Below, piece after piece: positions 62,072 to 64,000 of a DNA stretch of 64,000 nt. Source of the DNA: Torpedo marmorata (Eukaryota); the NCBI GenBank assembly GCA_977017645.1, contig OZ360226.1, positions 41,168,001 to 41,232,000 of the forward strand, in the 5' to 3' direction. The position numbers and the translations under genes were made by a program. The notes below the pieces were generated by a model, which was not told the DNA's origin, searched no databases, and saw only the letters and a list, made by a program, of their open reading frames with translations. Position 1 is the first letter of the stretch. Each line of letters starts with the position of its first letter.

Positions 62072-62465
62072 ATGGCGTTCACAATAGGCAAGCGGCAGAA
62101 GCCTACGTTCTCCATGTTGGCTACATGCATGCTTGTGAAACAGTTCTTAAAATTACAAAGATTATTCCTGGCCACAAAATCCAAATTGCCTGGTAGTCAA
62201 AGGCATCGCCGTGGCTGCAACCTTACAGGTGCCAAAGTCAACAAAGTTTCCAAACTAAGCCGAGCAGTTAAGGGCTTTCGAAAGCGTATCAATGACTTAT
62301 GGCTTGACGCTCGAGGAAAAGGCACATTTGACAAAAAGAGAGGGGCAGTCCAACACACAGATGTGGCAAAGGACATGATCCTAACATGGGAGGAAGAGAA
62401 AGTGACCCCGATAGTCCACCTTGTGCAACATGGACCTGATGCGTCCTGTGACTCCAGTGACTCTG
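62072..62465 (+). CDS. Myb/SANT-like (Harbinger ORF2 / MSANTD-NAIF1-like) protein, predicted coding exon 1
   Basis: aaaATGG Kozak context; KRQKPTFS..LV..LF..KVNKVS..R..RKRINDL..ARGK..LTWEEEKV follows the Myb_DNA-bind_5-type pattern; donor CTG|GTGAGT at 62465/62466, phase 1. Confidence 0.75.
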
Positions 62466-62698
62466 GTGAGTGTACATTGTTTTGTCAAACCCATCATTGC
62501 TTGCCTCGACCTTGGCTAACCATTAAGCATGCATTACAATTATTATGTGAATGATATTTTCAAAGCATATGTAAGTGGTTTTGCTCTGTAATTGAATGCA
62601 AGCTGCCTTGTGTCCAAAGCTCTGCTGCAATCCAATTCTTCAGTTTCTGGATCACCCTTCATCAGTTCAGCCGAATTTTTGTTCTTTTATCTCTTTAG

Positions 62699-63456
62699 AT
62701 GAGTACTGCAATTCAGGACACACAGGACCAAAGCAGCATCAAATCACTGTGATACTGGAGGAGAAGGTATCAGCCCAGACTCAAGCACTTGGAATGGTGA
62801 AGCAAGGTACAGAGACTGATGAGGTTCCACAAGGTTCATGTGAGCAATGTAGAGAAGACTCTGCAGGTGGACAATGGAAATCAGCCTCTTACTTGAAAGT
62901 GCCCCCCTCGGAGCAGTCCAGACACCAAGGGGCACATCAGCCAGAGGCAATGAGAGCTGCCCCTTCTTCTGTTCCACCAAATTCTCATAACACACATGAG
63001 GGGGAGCTGTGCCCCTTATGTCGCAGGTTAGATACTTTGGTGAGCACTGTGCAGCGTGGATTCAACCACATGCACAGGGACATCAACACATTGCAAAATG
63101 CCTCACAGTATCGCGGGGCACGGATGTCTCAGAATGTTATGTCTCTGGTTGGTGCCATGCATACACTGGTGAGGCTGCACCATTTCTCCACCTTGTCCCG
63201 TCGGGATGTTGCTATTCAGACCTCCATTGTGCTGAGAGAGACATGTCAGGGAGAGAATAATGGGGCAGCATCCAATGACCCCCCAACTGCCTCCACTGAG
63301 ACAGAGGTGACACCCACTAATAATGTCCAGCCAGTTAGTAACACAGCTGCACCCGAAGACACAGTGGTTGAAGTATCAATCGATCCTGATGGTGACTCTG
63401 CTGAGAGTATGTCCATTGAAGAATCCTCTCTAAACTCCTCAGACAATGACTGGTGA
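62699..63456 (+). CDS. Myb/SANT-like protein, predicted coding exon 2 (disordered region, helical segment, acidic tail)
   Basis: tttttgttcttttatctctttAG acceptor, phase-compatible (G|AT=Asp) with exon 1. Joined CDS is 394+758=1152 nt = 383 aa + stop, with no internal stop. Confidence 0.7.
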
Positions 63457-64000
63457 AGTCATTAGACCGATAATGAATCGACATTGCATTGATTAGAATT
63501 TATATACTTTCTCTTTCTTACTGTACGGTTAGATTTAAAGTTACATTTTTTCCAACAGTTCCAGGAATTTGTATGTTAGATTAAAATGATGCATGCAAAA
63601 AATTACATGGATTTAAATTTAGGGTTAGCTACAAAGTAATGAACACATTGTCCTATATCATGTATTTAATCAAAAAATTGTCTTCACTTATCTGTATTAT
63701 TTGGAATTCTTCATAAGTGTTTTCCACTTCCATAATTAATGTTGTTTCATATAAAAGGAGAATACATGTTATTCATCTTGTGCCATTGTCTGCTGTTTGT
63801 TTGTTGTTGGAAAAGTTGGTTGTGTTCTTCTGTTTCCCATCTTTACCTTGCATGGTGTGGAATAAATATTGTGTCTCCACCATTCTTTGTTCTGTGTATG
63901 CTTTTCATGCCCAAGGTATTTCCCATCTGTCCAAGTTTTACTCTAGCCTGACTTGGCAGAGAGGTCAGAGATCTCCAGAATTCTCCATCACATGTCTTCC

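Noticed and set aside
63846-64000. Minus-strand open frame (KTCDGEFWRSL...HHAR) convergent with the Myb/SANT-like gene as a possible Harbinger transposase end
   Set aside because: No recognisable HARBI1/DDE C-terminal motif in about 50 codons; cannot be judged without sequence beyond the window.
1-64000. Other pcdh9 exons (cadherin repeats, the short alternative exon, terminal CM2 exon) and the many 60-120-aa ORFs
   Set aside because: No cadherin-repeat or GHSDxCWMP-type translation was seen; the short ORFs fall in repeats or lack homology and splice support.

Overview
Vertebrate genomic DNA. The repeat repertoire (Neptune-type Penelope elements, Rex1/Babar, CR1, fish-type L1, tRNA-derived SINEs) suggests a cartilaginous fish; this is an inference. 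The window lies inside the very long introns of protocadherin-9 (pcdh9, + strand), and one 202-bp coding exon (17529-17730) is present, carrying the PP1-binding RRVTF motif and CM1. The rest is intron packed with nested transposon relics: Penelope-like elements with minimal hammerhead-ribozyme motifs and target-site duplications (TSDs), Rex1/CR1/L1 LINE fragments (one L1 with a twin-priming inversion), solo LTRs, hAT and Tc/mariner MITEs, and an internally deleted hAT transposon. The most unusual item is an apparently intact two-exon Myb/SANT-like gene (62072-63456, 383 aa after a predicted splice) nested sense in the pcdh9 intron. It is preceded by a splice acceptor that would join it in frame to the pcdh9 exon. 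All calls come from reading the sequence by eye; no searches or folding programs were run. Boundaries of old repeats are approximate.
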